From positions 2,784,001 to 2,848,000 of the forward strand of contig CBDFLE010000006.1 of assembly GCA_965248925.1 (NCBI GenBank): a stretch of 64,000 nucleotides of DNA, read 5' to 3'. The DNA comes from Candidatus Multivoradales bacterium (GTDB lineage: Bacteria; Acidobacteriota; Thermoanaerobaculia; Multivoradales; J023). Made by a program: the position numbers and the translations under genes. The notes under the pieces are model-generated. The model made no database searches. It worked only from the letters and a program-made list of their open reading frames with translations, and was not told the origin of the DNA. Below are positions 19,737 to 30,517 of the stretch, piece by piece. Position 1 is the first letter of the stretch. Each line of letters opens with the position of its first letter.

Positions 19737-22433
19737 ATGGACACCTCTAATATGAAGAATAGCTTCAACGCCCAGCGTACACTTCGAGTCGGCGACCGCG
19801 AGCTGCAAATCGCCAGTCTCGAAGCCCTCGACCAGCAAGGCTGGAATCCTAGCCGCCTACCCTTCGCCACCCGCATTCTGCTCGAAAATCTGCTGCGTCG
19901 CGAGGACGGCAAGGTGGTGCCGGCGGCGGATGTCGAAGCGGTGGCCAAGTGGGATCCGCAAGCCGAGCCGGCGACCGAGATCGCTTTCATGCCGGCCCGC
20001 GTCTTGCTACAAGATTTCACCGGTGTGCCGGCGATCGTCGATTTGGCGGCAATGCGCGACGCCATGTTGCGAATGGGGGGCGATCCGGAGCTGATCAACC
20101 CGCTGCAAGCGGTCGAGTTGGTGATCGACCACTCGGTGCAGGTCGACGAATACGGCAAGGCGGCGGCCCTGTTGATCAACGCTGAGCGTGAGTTCGAGCG
20201 CAATCGCGAGCGTTACGGTTTCCTGCGCTGGGGGCAGAGCGCGCTGCGCAACTTCCGCGTCGTACCGCCGGCCACCGGCATCGTCCACCAGGTCAATCTG
20301 GAATACCTGGCACGGGGGGTCATGGTCGGCGAGGGCGAGGCGCCTTTTGCCTACCCCGACACTCTGGTTGGCACCGACAGCCACACGACGATGATCAATG
20401 GCCTGGGCGTGCTCGGCTGGGGAGTGGGCGGTATCGAAGCCGAGGCGGCGATGCTCGGCCAGCCGATCTCGATGCTGATTCCCCAGGTGGTGGGTTTCCG
20501 CTTCACCGGCGAGCTGCCCGAGGGAGCCACCGCTACGGACCTGGTGCTACGGGTCACCGAGTTGTTGCGGGCTCATGGCGTGGTGGGCAAGTTCGTCGAG
20601 TTCTTCGGCCCTGGGCTGACCTCCTTGCGTCTCGCTGATCGAGCGACGATCGCCAACATGGCGCCGGAGTATGGAGCTACTTGCGGCATCTTCCCGATCG
20701 ACGCGGTGAGCCTTGGCTACTTGCGCTTCACCGGCCGCTCGGCCGAGCAGTTGGCGCTGGTCGAGGCCTACATGAAGGAGCAGGGCCTGTTCCACACCGC
20801 CGACAGCCCGGAAGCCGAGTACAGCGACACCCTGGGGCTTGACCTCGGCGATGTCGAGCCCAGCCTGGCGGGACCCAAGCGGCCGCAGGACCGGATCAAC
20901 CTGCGCCAGATGCACACTGCGTTTGGAGAGCAGCTGCCGGCGTTGCTGCCGGCGGGCTCCGCGGCCAGCAGCGCGGTCCAGACTTCCTTTGGGGGCAGCG
21001 ATTTCGATCTGCGCCATGGTTCGGTGGTGATTGCCGCCATTACCAGCTGCACCAACACCTCCAATCCATCGGTCATGGTGGCCGCCGGCTTACTGGCCAA
21101 GAAAGCGGTCGAGTTTGGCCTTGAGTCCAAGCCGTGGGTCAAGACCAGTTTGGCACCGGGTTCCAAGGTGGTCACCAGTTACCTTGACCGGGCTGGCCTG
21201 ACTCCCTATCTGGAAGCGCTCAAATTCCACACCGTCGGCTATGGCTGCACCACTTGTATCGGCAATTCCGGGCCGCTGCCAGAGCCGATTCGAGAGGCTA
21301 TCCATGCGGGCGATCTGGTGGCTTGCTCAGTGTTGTCGGGCAACCGCAACTTCGAAGGGCGAATCGGCCCTGACATTCGTGCCAACTACCTTGCCTCGCC
21401 GCCGCTGGTGGTGGCCTATGCCTTGGCTGGACGGATGGACATCGACGTCTACAACGAACCCCTCGGTACCAGCAAAGACGGCCAAGAGGTGTTTTTGAAG
21501 GACCTCTGGCCGAGTCAGCAGGAGATCGAAGACACCGTCCGAGTGGCTCTCGAGCCAGAGATGTTCGAGCGTGAATACGCCGACGTCTATGCCGGTGACG
21601 AGCAGTGGCGCAGCATGCCGACGCCGGAAGGCGCGACCTTCGACTGGCAAGCAGATTCGACCTACATTCGCCTGGTGCCGTTCTTCGATGGCATGTCGGA
21701 GCAGGCCGAGCCGCCTGCGGACATCAAGGGTGCCCGCGTGCTGGCGCTGTTGGGTGACTCGGTCACCACCGACCACATCTCGCCGGCGGGCGCCATCCAG
21801 CGCGATAGCCCGGCCGGCAAGTACCTCACCGAGCATGGCGTCGCGGTGCGGGATTTCAATTCCTACGGCTCGCGGCGGGGCAATCACGAGGTGATGATGC
21901 GTGGCACCTTTGCCAATGTGCGGCTGCGCAACAAGCTGGTGCAGATCGAGGGGGGTCACACCTTGCATATGCCGTCCGGCGAAGCGATGACCATCTACGA
22001 CGCCGCCATGCGCTATCGCCAAGAGGGAGTGCCGTTGGTGATCCTTACCGGCAAGGAATACGGCACCGGCTCGTCCCGCGACTGGGCGGCCAAGGGCCCC
22101 CTCTTGCAGGGAGTGCGGGCGGTGATCGCGCAGAGTTACGAGCGTATTCATCGCTCCAATCTGATCGGCATGGGCATTCTGCCCCTCGAGTTCTTGGCCG
22201 GTGAGTCGGCCGCTAGCCTGGGATTCGATGGCCACGAGACTTACGACGTCGAGGGGCTCGCTGAGCTGGTCGGTGAGGAATTTCAAGCAGCCCGACAACT
22301 CACCGTCGTCGCCCACTCCGCGGCCGGCGGCAACCGCTCCTTCCAAGCCGTGGTGCGTCTCGATACGCCCCAAGAGGCGGCTTACTTCCACCACGGCGGC
22401 ATCTTGCAGTACGTCCTCAGACAGCTGCTCTAA
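19737..22433 (+). CDS. acnA: Aconitate hydratase A
   Basis: [49 protein letters not shown]; start may be 19752. Confidence 0.97.
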   Translation: MDTSNMKNSFNAQRTLRVGDRELQIASLEALDQQGWNPSRLPFATRILLENLLRREDGKVVPAADVEAVAKWDPQAEPATEIAFMPARVLLQDFTGVPAIVDLAAMRDAMLRMGGDPELINPLQAVELVIDHSVQVDEYGKAAALLINAEREFERNRERYGFLRWGQSALRNFRVVPPATGIVHQVNLEYLARGVMVGEGEAPFAYPDTLVGTDSHTTMINGLGVLGWGVGGIEAEAAMLGQPISMLIPQVVGFRFTGELPEGATATDLVLRVTELLRAHGVVGKFVEFFGPGLTSLRLADRATIANMAPEYGATCGIFPIDAVSLGYLRFTGRSAEQLALVEAYMKEQGLFHTADSPEAEYSDTLGLDLGDVEPSLAGPKRPQDRINLRQMHTAFGEQLPALLPAGSAASSAVQTSFGGSDFDLRHGSVVIAAITSCTNTSNPSVMVAAGLLAKKAVEFGLESKPWVKTSLAPGSKVVTSYLDRAGLTPYLEALKFHTVGYGCTTCIGNSGPLPEPIREAIHAGDLVACSVLSGNRNFEGRIGPDIRANYLASPPLVVAYALAGRMDIDVYNEPLGTSKDGQEVFLKDLWPSQQEIEDTVRVALEPEMFEREYADVYAGDEQWRSMPTPEGATFDWQADSTYIRLVPFFDGMSEQAEPPADIKGARVLALLGDSVTTDHISPAGAIQRDSPAGKYLTEHGVAVRDFNSYGSRRGNHEVMMRGTFANVRLRNKLVQIEGGHTLHMPSGEAMTIYDAAMRYRQEGVPLVILTGKEYGTGSSRDWAAKGPLLQGVRAVIAQSYERIHRSNLIGMGILPLEFLAGESAASLGFDGHETYDVEGLAELVGEEFQAARQLTVVAHSAAGGNRSFQAVVRLDTPQEAAYFHHGGILQYVLRQLL

Positions 22434-22473
22434 CAGCCCGCGATCACCGCGGGTCGACCGGATGATTTCGCTG

Positions 22474-22512
22474 AAAAAAACCCCGTACCAGGGGAAGATT
22501 CCGGGTACGGGG
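22474..22512 (-). terminator. Intrinsic terminator oriented on minus strand
   Basis: Stem CCCCGTACC/GGTACGGGG with T7 on the minus strand. Confidence 0.7.
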
Positions 22513-22610
22513 TGGAGGAGTGGAAACTGAAGGAGAAGGTTGGCGGCGAAGCCGCACGGTGCGCAACCCGCCAGCAGGCACCCTGCGGCCTCGCCGACCT
22601 TCCTCTTTAA
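22474..22610 (-). ncRNA. Candidate small structured RNA
   Basis: Nested hairpin 22535-22602, C/U-rich linker and minus-strand terminator; no nearby minus-strand gene. Confidence 0.35.
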
Positions 22611-22761
22611 GTAACGCATGGCCTGTAAAATTGGATTTCTCCACTGAAAACCCGCAGGCGAAAAGAGTCCTTTCTTGGCTCTTTTTGTCAAATTTCAGCT
22701 GAAGCCTCGGTCTCGACGGTAACGTTGGACCCGCGCCGAAGCAATCGGTCTACCGCCTGCC

Positions 22762-23529
22762 ATGAGCCAAGATCCACTGACCCGTTTCGTCTTTCTGCTG
22801 CAGGGCCTGCCACCCGAACTGCTGTGGTTGGCGATGCTCCTCGTCTGCTTTTCCTCGCTGCTGGTGCTGCACCGGTTGTTCGGCGAAGCTGGGCTCTATG
22901 CCTATGGGGTGGTGGCTATTTTGGGGGCCAATATTCAGGTCTTGAAAGCGGTGCAGTTCTCGGTCTACTCAAAGCCGGTGGCGCTGGGCACGGTGATCTT
23001 CGCCTCGTCGTATTTGGCGACCGATATTCTTTCCGAATGCTATGGCGCGGCGCGGGCGCGCCTCGGTGTGCTGCTGGGCCTGGTCTGCTACTTGGTGTTC
23101 ACCATGATCATGATCGTCACCATGGGTTTCGCCCCGCTGACCGCCGAGCAGGCGGGCCAGGAGATGGCCTGGGCGGTGGCCAACAACCAGCACATCATGG
23201 CGATTTTTATGCACTCTCCGGCCCTGTTCATTGCCGGTATGGCAGCCTACTTGATTAGCCAGCTGCACGATGTCTGGCTTTTCGATCGCTTGAGAGCGGT
23301 GTGCGGCGGGCGTCATCTGTGGTTGCGAAACTCGCTGTCGACCGCGGTTTCCGCCTTCATCGACAACTTTGTTTTTTCAATGTTGGCCTGGATCGTTCTG
23401 GCCCCCGAGCCGTTGTCGTTCGATACCGTCTTCTGGGTCTATGTGGTCGGCACCTACTGGCTACGCCTGGCGATTGCGGTGCTCGACACGCCGTTTATGT
23501 ACCTAGCCCGACGCTGGAGCCCGAAGTGA
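22762..23529 (+). CDS. yhhQ: Queuosine precursor transporter (YhhQ/VUT family)
   Basis: ANIQVLK, LATDILSECYG, AYLISQLHDVWLF, LWLRNSLST, DTPFMY. Confidence 0.9.
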   Translation: MSQDPLTRFVFLLQGLPPELLWLAMLLVCFSSLLVLHRLFGEAGLYAYGVVAILGANIQVLKAVQFSVYSKPVALGTVIFASSYLATDILSECYGAARARLGVLLGLVCYLVFTMIMIVTMGFAPLTAEQAGQEMAWAVANNQHIMAIFMHSPALFIAGMAAYLISQLHDVWLFDRLRAVCGGRHLWLRNSLSTAVSAFIDNFVFSMLAWIVLAPEPLSFDTVFWVYVVGTYWLRLAIAVLDTPFMYLARRWSPK

Positions 23530-24701
23530 AGTATCCCGGGTTTGATTTCGAGGTAGTGGCCGAGCAAGAAGGCCACCAGGCTCGATTGGGCAAGCTCACC
23601 ACTCCCCATGGGGTGGTGCAAACGCCGGCCTTCGTCTTTTGCGCCACCAAGGGCACGATCAAGGTCGCCAGCCCGCAAGACATGGTGGCGGCGGGCGCCC
23701 AAATCATCCTTGCCAACACCTACCACATGATGTTGCGCCCTGGCGGTGAGCTGGTTGAAGAACTCGGTGGCCTGCATTCCTTTACCGGATGGTCGGGGCC
23801 GATGCTCACCGACAGCGGTGGCTTTCAGGTGTTCAGTCTCGGTCATGGCTCGGTAGCCGACGAGATCAAGGGCGCCAAGTTCTCCCGCCAGCGGACGCTG
23901 CTCAAGATCACTGAAAAAGGAGCTGCCTTTCGCTCCTACATCGATGGTTCACGCCAGTTGGTGACCCCCGAGAGGTCGATTCGCGAGCAGCGGCGGCTCG
24001 GCGCCGACATAGTTCTGGCCTTCGACGAATGCACCCCATTTCACGCCGACCGGACCTACACCCGAAGGTCGATGGAGATGACTCACCGGTGGGCGGATCG
24101 CAGTCTGCAGGAATTCGAACGCCATCACGACGGCAAGCAGGCTCTCTACGGCATTTTGCAGGGTGGAGTATGGAGGGATCTGCGTCTCGCCGCGGCGGAG
24201 TTCATCAGTTCGCGGCCGTTTTTTGGCCATGCCATTGGCGGCTCCCTGGGGGGCACCAAACAACAGATGTACGACGTTGTCGAGCATGCCCTAGTCGGTT
24301 TGCGTCGGGACAAGCCGGTACACCTGCTCGGTATTGGCGGGGTCGAGGACATCTGGGAGGGGGTTAGCCGCGGGGTCGACACTTTCGACTGCGTCTCGCC
24401 GACCCGCATTGCCCGCCACGGTTGGGTGCTGACCCGCGAAGAGCCGAAATGGCGGATGAACTTGCGCAATGCCCGCTTTCGCCGCGACCCCCGCCCCTTG
24501 CGCGAAGACTGTGACTGCCCCACTTGCCAGCGCTACTCCCGAGCCTTCATCCACTACTTGTTCAAAGCTGGCGAGGTGCAAGCCATGCACCACGTTACGG
24601 TCTGCAACGTGCGTTTCATGGTCCGTCTGATGCAGGAGATCCGCGATGCCCTGGCTGCCGGTCGCTTCGAGCAAGTACGCCGGGAGTGGCTGGGGCGGTA
24701 G
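23526..24701 (+). CDS. tgt: tRNA-guanine transglycosylase, probably queuine-inserting type
   Basis: TDSGGFQVFSL, DECT, QGG, IGGSLG, HLLGIG, DTFDCVSPTR, CDCPTC; GTGA overlap with yhhQ. Confidence 0.95.
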   Translation: MKYPGFDFEVVAEQEGHQARLGKLTTPHGVVQTPAFVFCATKGTIKVASPQDMVAAGAQIILANTYHMMLRPGGELVEELGGLHSFTGWSGPMLTDSGGFQVFSLGHGSVADEIKGAKFSRQRTLLKITEKGAAFRSYIDGSRQLVTPERSIREQRRLGADIVLAFDECTPFHADRTYTRRSMEMTHRWADRSLQEFERHHDGKQALYGILQGGVWRDLRLAAAEFISSRPFFGHAIGGSLGGTKQQMYDVVEHALVGLRRDKPVHLLGIGGVEDIWEGVSRGVDTFDCVSPTRIARHGWVLTREEPKWRMNLRNARFRRDPRPLREDCDCPTCQRYSRAFIHYLFKAGEVQAMHHVTVCNVRFMVRLMQEIRDALAAGRFEQVRREWLGR

Positions 24702-24744
24702 TCAACCCACCGGGTCGGCAAAGCGCGATCTGCCACCGTGAGGA

Positions 24745-25731
24745 GTGAGAGTAGTGTCGACGATGACTGGCCCCCTGACTCTCAGCGACCAGGTCCGCCG
24801 AGATTGTCGCCGGGTGGCCGAGCGGGCGCGCTGGGTGCGGGTCGATCGCCAGCGGATCGCCAGCTACTCAGCGGCGCTGGATCCCCAGCAGCTGCGGCTA
24901 CCGACCCTTGATCGGCAGTGTCACTATCTTGGGCAGGGTGAGGCGACCGTGGCCTTCATGCTGACCTTGGAGGCAGTGAATTTCGGCTCCGCCAACCTCT
25001 CCTGCTTGCGTCAAGACGAGCAGCGATCCGGTTACTTTACGGTTGCAGGCGCCTTGACCCGCTATTTCCAACGCCACGGGCCGATCGCGGCACAGCAGCT
25101 GGCGCGCCTCGGGCTCAATGACTGCGCCAAGATTTTCGATCAGGAAGACCATCCGCCTGCCACCCCGCTACTGCACCGCTTCGCCGTCGCCCTGAAGGGA
25201 TTTGGAGAGCACTTGCTAACCCACTTCGACGGAGACTTCAGCCGGCTACTCGCCGCTGCCGAGGGGTCCGCCCAGTGTTTGGCGGCGCTGCTGGCTGAGG
25301 TCGAGAGTTTCCGTGATCAGGCGGTCTACGCTGGCCAAACGGTGCGCATCTACAAGCGGGCGCAACTCACCGCGGCAGACCTGTCATTGGCCTTTAGCGG
25401 TCGTGGGCCAGGCGAATTGGCCGGGCTCGATCAATTGACTCTCTTTGCTGACGACTTGGTGCCCCATGTGCTGCGCAGCGACGGCATCTTGCGTTACGAC
25501 CCGGTGTTGGCGGGCCGCATCGACAGGGGTGAACTGCTGCCCGCCGGCTCGGCGGAAGAAGTCGAGATCCGTGCCTGCGCGGTGCAAGCCGCGGAGTTGA
25601 TCACCGCCCAGCTGCGGGCCTGCGGGCTGCGGGCCTGCGCCATGCAGGTGGACTACTGCTTGTGGAATCGAGGTCTCGGAGCGGCCTACCGGCGGCGGCC
25701 TCGGCATCGCACGGTGACCGACTTCTACTGA
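24745..25731 (+). CDS. Queuosine salvage protein Qng1 (DUF2419 family)
   Basis: AVNF, YKRAQL, LTLFAD..VPHVL...GILRY, EEVEIRA, DYCLW, terminal HRT..DFY; start may be 24763. Confidence 0.88.
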   Translation: MRVVSTMTGPLTLSDQVRRDCRRVAERARWVRVDRQRIASYSAALDPQQLRLPTLDRQCHYLGQGEATVAFMLTLEAVNFGSANLSCLRQDEQRSGYFTVAGALTRYFQRHGPIAAQQLARLGLNDCAKIFDQEDHPPATPLLHRFAVALKGFGEHLLTHFDGDFSRLLAAAEGSAQCLAALLAEVESFRDQAVYAGQTVRIYKRAQLTAADLSLAFSGRGPGELAGLDQLTLFADDLVPHVLRSDGILRYDPVLAGRIDRGELLPAGSAEEVEIRACAVQAAELITAQLRACGLRACAMQVDYCLWNRGLGAAYRRRPRHRTVTDFY

Positions 25732-25782
25732 GTTAGCGAGTGTGGTGGGCGAGCTTTGGAGGGCAGAGAATACCGCTGCGGT

Positions 25783-28086
25783 TCAAAGCAGCCGCCGAAT
25801 GTTGACGAGTTCTTGGGCGGCTGCACCGCGGAGTTGTTCAGGCATCGGTTGATCTTGCAGCAGGCCGAGGGCTTCATGCGGGAAGCCGTATTGGCGCAGC
25901 ACTTGGGCGGCGTAGAGGCGGATGTCGGGGCGTTGCGGAGCTGCCTGGTGCCAACGGCGGAATAAGTCTGGGATCCAGCGATCAGCTAGTACCGGTTCGA
26001 CCGCGCCACGGCGACTGACGGTTTCCAGGTAAAGCCGACCGCCGTCTTCGAGTCGGCCCGCCGCGCCGAGGGCGGCCGCTAGGTAGATCTTGGCCCGGCG
26101 CACCTTTGGCAGGCGTCGGGTGACAAAACGCAGGGCGGCGACGGCTTCGCTGGCGCGATTGTTCTCGAGCATTGCCAGGCCGAGCAGATATTGCCCATCG
26201 ACAACACTCCAATAGCGCTGCAACTCAGTCGCGTACCGCCCTTCGCCCAGAGCGATGAGCTCGGCCAGCAGGAAGGACTCTCCCGGATTCTCTTCCAGGC
26301 TATGTCGCAAGATGCCGAGAGCACCCTGGAGATCACCATTTTGCAGGCTGGCTCGGGCCAGGTAGAGACCGGTGGTGGACGATTGGTGACCACGTCTGTA
26401 AACCGCTCGGGTGGGGCTAGACGCCGCCGTCAGTAGATCCCATGCCAGAGCTGGCTGTGCGGTTCGCAGGGCCAAGACGGCTTGATCGAAACGTAGCGAT
26501 AGGCTCTGTTCGGGACATTCGCTGAGCCAGGTCAGCACCTTTTGGTCGATGCTGGCCTCTTCTTGCAGCAAGAATGCCGGTCGCATGCGTTCATGGTGCC
26601 AGGGTGCCCTGGCCAGGGCTTCGATAGCGAGTTCTCCATGCTGCGACACAGGTGCCGTGGTGTTCAATTCGCCGAGTTGTCGCAACAGTTCCGTCGCGCG
26701 CGCGATCCCCCGCTCCTGGTAAAGCACATCGCGGATCAGCGGACTGGGTAGTGACAATGCCGCTACTGCCGCCGCGATTCCCAAGCCAACAGCCAGCGCC
26801 TGGCGCCGTCGGGCGGCTGCCAACCAAGAGATCGCTGGCGCCGCCAGCACCGTTGCCACGGCCAAGAGTGGCAACCGCTGGCGGGCGGAGACATAGAACA
26901 CCACCATCACCGCGAGTTGCACCATCGCCACCCCCAGCAGTGGCCACCAATGCCGCCAGCGCCGTCGTGACACCACCACCCCCAGGATTGCCAAGGACAC
27001 GAAGAGCGGAAAAGGAATGGCGGGCGTGTGTATCGCCAGGTCCATTCGCCAGGCGGTCGGCAGGTCGTGAAAACGAAAACTGTGCAGCGCCAGCCAGAGC
27101 TTGTGGGACCATAGCCCCAAAGCGTGTCCAGGTTGGTCGAGTAAGAAACGTCGCGCCAACTGGGACCAATAGGCATTGACCTGACGCACCGAAAGCTGTT
27201 GGTTGGTGCTGACTCTGGCAAAGTCGCGGTAGAGCTGGTGCGGCGCATCGGGTTGCTCGCGGCTAGAGTCGAGTGCCGCCGACACCAACGGTGGATAGAC
27301 CGCGCTGGTGCCCCGCGACAGTGGGTTGTTACCTTCGAAGAACACCGTTCCGGGGTTCATCACCGGGGTACGAAAGTCACCCACCAAATAGGCGCTGCGC
27401 GCCGCCATCAGCCCGATGCCGAGGAGTATCGGCAGCAGGAACAGAAGTGGCGGGCGTAGCCGTCTTCGGTCCAGTCCCAGCTGGCCTTGTCCGAGAGGGC
27501 GCCGTCCGAGCCAGAGAAACAACAGGGTGAGGACGAACACTGGCAGCAAGGTGGGGCGGTTGGCCAGGCTGAGAGCAGCCAATACTCCAGCGCCCAGTGC
27601 TGGCCAGCTGGCGGCATGGTCGCGAGCGAGCTCCAGCGCTACCAGAAAGCCCAGTAGCAGAGCCAGTTGGCAGATTTCCGGCTCCAGGACCCGAGCGTAG
27701 ATCACCAGGTGGCGATCGATCGCAAAGAGGCCCACCAGGAGGGCGGCCACCCGGTGGCTAGCGTGGCGTCGAATCAGCCAATAGAGCGCTCCACATACCA
27801 GCGCCACCAGCAGGATCTGCAGACCTTCGATCACGGTGCTGGCGGCGCTGCCAAACCACGAGTTGGCCAGCCGGTGCAAGGACAGGTAGAGAGGGCTGAA
27901 GTCCAATAGCCTTTCGGCGCTTAGCTGACCCGCCCGCCAAAACTCCGCGGCGGCGGGGTATTTGCCAAACTTGAGCACCGGGATCCACCAGGCCAAGGAG
28001 GCATGTAAGAGCAAGGCTGCCAAGGTGGCGAGCAAAGGCCCGGGCAGGGCCCGCGGCTCTTGGGTTAGCGTCGGGCTGGAGTTCAT
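25783..28086 (-). CDS. GT-C-type (ArnT/PMT-like) membrane glycosyltransferase with C-terminal TPR-like region
   Basis: Many TMs, SPLY, NRPTLL, GTVFFEGNNP, FYVSARQRLP; helical soluble tail. Confidence 0.65.
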   Translation of the reverse strand: MNSSPTLTQEPRALPGPLLATLAALLLHASLAWWIPVLKFGKYPAAAEFWRAGQLSAERLLDFSPLYLSLHRLANSWFGSAASTVIEGLQILLVALVCGALYWLIRRHASHRVAALLVGLFAIDRHLVIYARVLEPEICQLALLLGFLVALELARDHAASWPALGAGVLAALSLANRPTLLPVFVLTLLFLWLGRRPLGQGQLGLDRRRLRPPLLFLLPILLGIGLMAARSAYLVGDFRTPVMNPGTVFFEGNNPLSRGTSAVYPPLVSAALDSSREQPDAPHQLYRDFARVSTNQQLSVRQVNAYWSQLARRFLLDQPGHALGLWSHKLWLALHSFRFHDLPTAWRMDLAIHTPAIPFPLFVSLAILGVVVSRRRWRHWWPLLGVAMVQLAVMVVFYVSARQRLPLLAVATVLAAPAISWLAAARRRQALAVGLGIAAAVAALSLPSPLIRDVLYQERGIARATELLRQLGELNTTAPVSQHGELAIEALARAPWHHERMRPAFLLQEEASIDQKVLTWLSECPEQSLSLRFDQAVLALRTAQPALAWDLLTAASSPTRAVYRRGHQSSTTGLYLARASLQNGDLQGALGILRHSLEENPGESFLLAELIALGEGRYATELQRYWSVVDGQYLLGLAMLENNRASEAVAALRFVTRRLPKVRRAKIYLAAALGAAGRLEDGGRLYLETVSRRGAVEPVLADRWIPDLFRRWHQAAPQRPDIRLYAAQVLRQYGFPHEALGLLQDQPMPEQLRGAAAQELVNIRRLL

Positions 28087-30413
28087 GGGGTAGCAGTCTT
28101 GCCCCGGGGGCGGCCTGACTCCAACAAGAGCAGCCCGAGCAAGGCCGCGACCGCGGCCGCGACCGACAGCCGCAAAGACTGGTCTGCAACCCACAGCCGT
28201 ATCTGATGCTCTCCGGCGGGTACCTTGACCGCCATGCGGTGGATGTCGGCGACTTCGATCTGGGCTGGCCGGCCGTCGATGGTGGCCCGCCAGATCGGTA
28301 GATAAGTCTTTTGTACGACCAAGGTGCCGCCCTGCTCAGAGCGCACCGTGGCCCGCAGGTGCTGGACCTCGTTTTCGCTCACCTGCACCGCCAACGCGGC
28401 GGGGTCGCCCGCAGGCTCTCCCGGAGCGCCGGGAAGTACCACCGCTAGCCGTGGGTCGAAGGCGGGATTGGCCAGTCGAGTCAGGGCCGCGGTCATGTCC
28501 GGTGCGGAGTGCACCTGGCCGACGAAACGAATGGGCGGAACCGCGTTGGGCAGTCGATAGACTCGAACCGTGTGGTCCACCTCTCGTTGCTCGGCCACCA
28601 ACTCGACGCGCTGCAAGGCGCGCGGGTCGAGCTGTCGGTCGAGGATCAGGGTGTTGACCCCGGAGGCCTCCAGAACCCGCACCCTGGCGTCGTCGTCGAG
28701 GCGTTTCATGGCTTGGACCAAGGCCACGGTGAAAAACGAATCGAGGCCCTCTGGAGAGTGGTTAAACTCGTAGCGTAGCCCCCAGCGGGTGCCGGAGAAG
28801 GGATATAGCTCGGCGAAATAGCGGCGCTCCAACCACAGTCCACGCAGATCTGGGAACAACTCGCGGACCGCGCCGCGGCGCGGCCCGAACAGGCTGCTGG
28901 TGCCGCCATGGACTATCTGATCGCTGGCCGAAACGTGTTCGAGCAGAGCCGGTTGTTCAGCATATGGAAAGGCGCTATCCTCTTCGTAGAGCGGCTTCAA
29001 CAGATAAATCTGAGAGCCGACGTGAAGCGCCAACAAGAGGGCCCCCATCAAGCGCCGCCCGCGGTGTTCTAGGGTCAATACGGCAGCCCCTAGAGCGAGA
29101 ATTCCCAGGCTCGCCAGGCACAGCCAAGTCCAGCGCTGAATCTCCTCTGAAAGCATCACTCGCAGCAGGTCCGGAGCCACCCTTTGCAGCGCTGAAGTGA
29201 GCCGCCCTGTGCCCAGGACCAGCACCGCCAAGCCGGCCACAAAGGGCAGCGCCAGCAGAGCCAACAAGCGCTGCAAGCTCTGTCCACCGGTCCTCAACAA
29301 GCGCTCAAAACCGACTCCCGCCAACAACGCCGTGCCCACCGCCACCAATAACCAGAATTTCACCGGGTAGCGCAGCAGCGAGGTACCAGGAAGTCCGTAG
29401 AGCCAGCGCACCAGCGGATTCCAGGCACCGAGCGCCAGCAGCAGGCCGCCGAGGGCCACTAGCCAAGCCCAAAACTGCTCGCTGCGTCGGGGTCGACCCG
29501 AATACAGCAGCAGGCCGAGCGCCAGCAAACCGGGATAGAGGGAGAAAAATAGAGGCGCATTGCCGCCATTGAGGCCCTGTCCCCAAAACCCCAGATTAGG
29601 TTCGCCGAAGACCATCGGCAGCAACAGCTCCAATGAGCTGCGGGGGTCCCAGCTCTGAGCCAGAGCAGCATTGATGGTGTAGCGCCAATAACCGCGGAAC
29701 GAAAGCTCCAAGATGCTCCAGGTAGCAACGATCTGCGGTGCTGCGATCAAGGTGCCAAGGGCAAAAGCGACCGGTAGCCGCCACCATTTAAGCGGTGGCC
29801 GACGGAAGCGCACGATGGCGGCGGTCAAGGCCAGACCGAAGGCCATCAAGGCCAGGAACGGGTCGCCGCCGAGCACCAGTAGCGTCCACAAGCCGCCACT
29901 GATCAGCCAGCGCCGGGGCTTGCCTCTCCATGCCTCCATGACCGCGGCGCTCAATGCCGGAGCCAAGGTGGTGCCGACCATCAAATTGTACAAGTTGAGC
30001 TGCGACAAGTAGTGGCCGCTGGTGGCGTAGATCGCCCCTGCTGCCCAGGCCGCTGGCCGGCTCAGCCCCCAAGCCCGACCAAACCAATAGAAGGCCAGCG
30101 GCGCCAGCAGCCAATGCAGCCAGAAATGGGCGTTGAGGGTCCACAGCGGTGATGCCACCCGCAGCAATAAGCTGGTGGGATAGAGCGGAGCGCCGTTCAG
30201 GTTGCCCAGCAATGGCTGGCCGCCGGCGCGAAACGGATCCACCTGCGCCAGCTCGCCCCGACCCATCATCTCTGCCTGGGCACACTTCAGCGGATAGTGA
30301 GAATGTAGAACGTCTCTTTGGTAGAGCGTGCCGACGCCGAGCACCAATGGCAACACCGCCGCGCCGATCAGCAGCAGGGTCGGGGTGACGTAGAAGAGGC
30401 CAAAACGCTTCAT
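28083..30413 (-). CDS. YfhO-like GT-C membrane protein
   Basis: RDVLHSHYP, DPFRAGGQPLLGN, LRYPVKF, C-terminal YLPIWRATIDG...AVKVPAGEH. Confidence 0.8.
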   Translation of the reverse strand: MKRFGLFYVTPTLLLIGAAVLPLVLGVGTLYQRDVLHSHYPLKCAQAEMMGRGELAQVDPFRAGGQPLLGNLNGAPLYPTSLLLRVASPLWTLNAHFWLHWLLAPLAFYWFGRAWGLSRPAAWAAGAIYATSGHYLSQLNLYNLMVGTTLAPALSAAVMEAWRGKPRRWLISGGLWTLLVLGGDPFLALMAFGLALTAAIVRFRRPPLKWWRLPVAFALGTLIAAPQIVATWSILELSFRGYWRYTINAALAQSWDPRSSLELLLPMVFGEPNLGFWGQGLNGGNAPLFFSLYPGLLALGLLLYSGRPRRSEQFWAWLVALGGLLLALGAWNPLVRWLYGLPGTSLLRYPVKFWLLVAVGTALLAGVGFERLLRTGGQSLQRLLALLALPFVAGLAVLVLGTGRLTSALQRVAPDLLRVMLSEEIQRWTWLCLASLGILALGAAVLTLEHRGRRLMGALLLALHVGSQIYLLKPLYEEDSAFPYAEQPALLEHVSASDQIVHGGTSSLFGPRRGAVRELFPDLRGLWLERRYFAELYPFSGTRWGLRYEFNHSPEGLDSFFTVALVQAMKRLDDDARVRVLEASGVNTLILDRQLDPRALQRVELVAEQREVDHTVRVYRLPNAVPPIRFVGQVHSAPDMTAALTRLANPAFDPRLAVVLPGAPGEPAGDPAALAVQVSENEVQHLRATVRSEQGGTLVVQKTYLPIWRATIDGRPAQIEVADIHRMAVKVPAGEHQIRLWVADQSLRLSVAAAVAALLGLLLLESGRPRGKTATP

Positions 30414-30517
30414 CGATGGCGGGATCAGGCCAGACCAGCGGACGTCAGGTCCGGATCGGCTGAAAAACCTTAGCACTGTCAGCACGGGCAGCGGAGGAGA
30501 ACCCTATAATAGCCGGC

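Noticed and set aside
22535-22602. SRP, 6S or tRNA identity for the hairpin
   Set aside because: No CAGG-GGAA-AGCA SRP motif, no cloverleaf, too short for 6S
22620-22760. preQ1 riboswitch upstream of yhhQ
   Set aside because: AAAAGAG/CTCTTTT hairpin lacks the preQ1-I loop and A-rich tail; needs an Infernal scan to exclude fully
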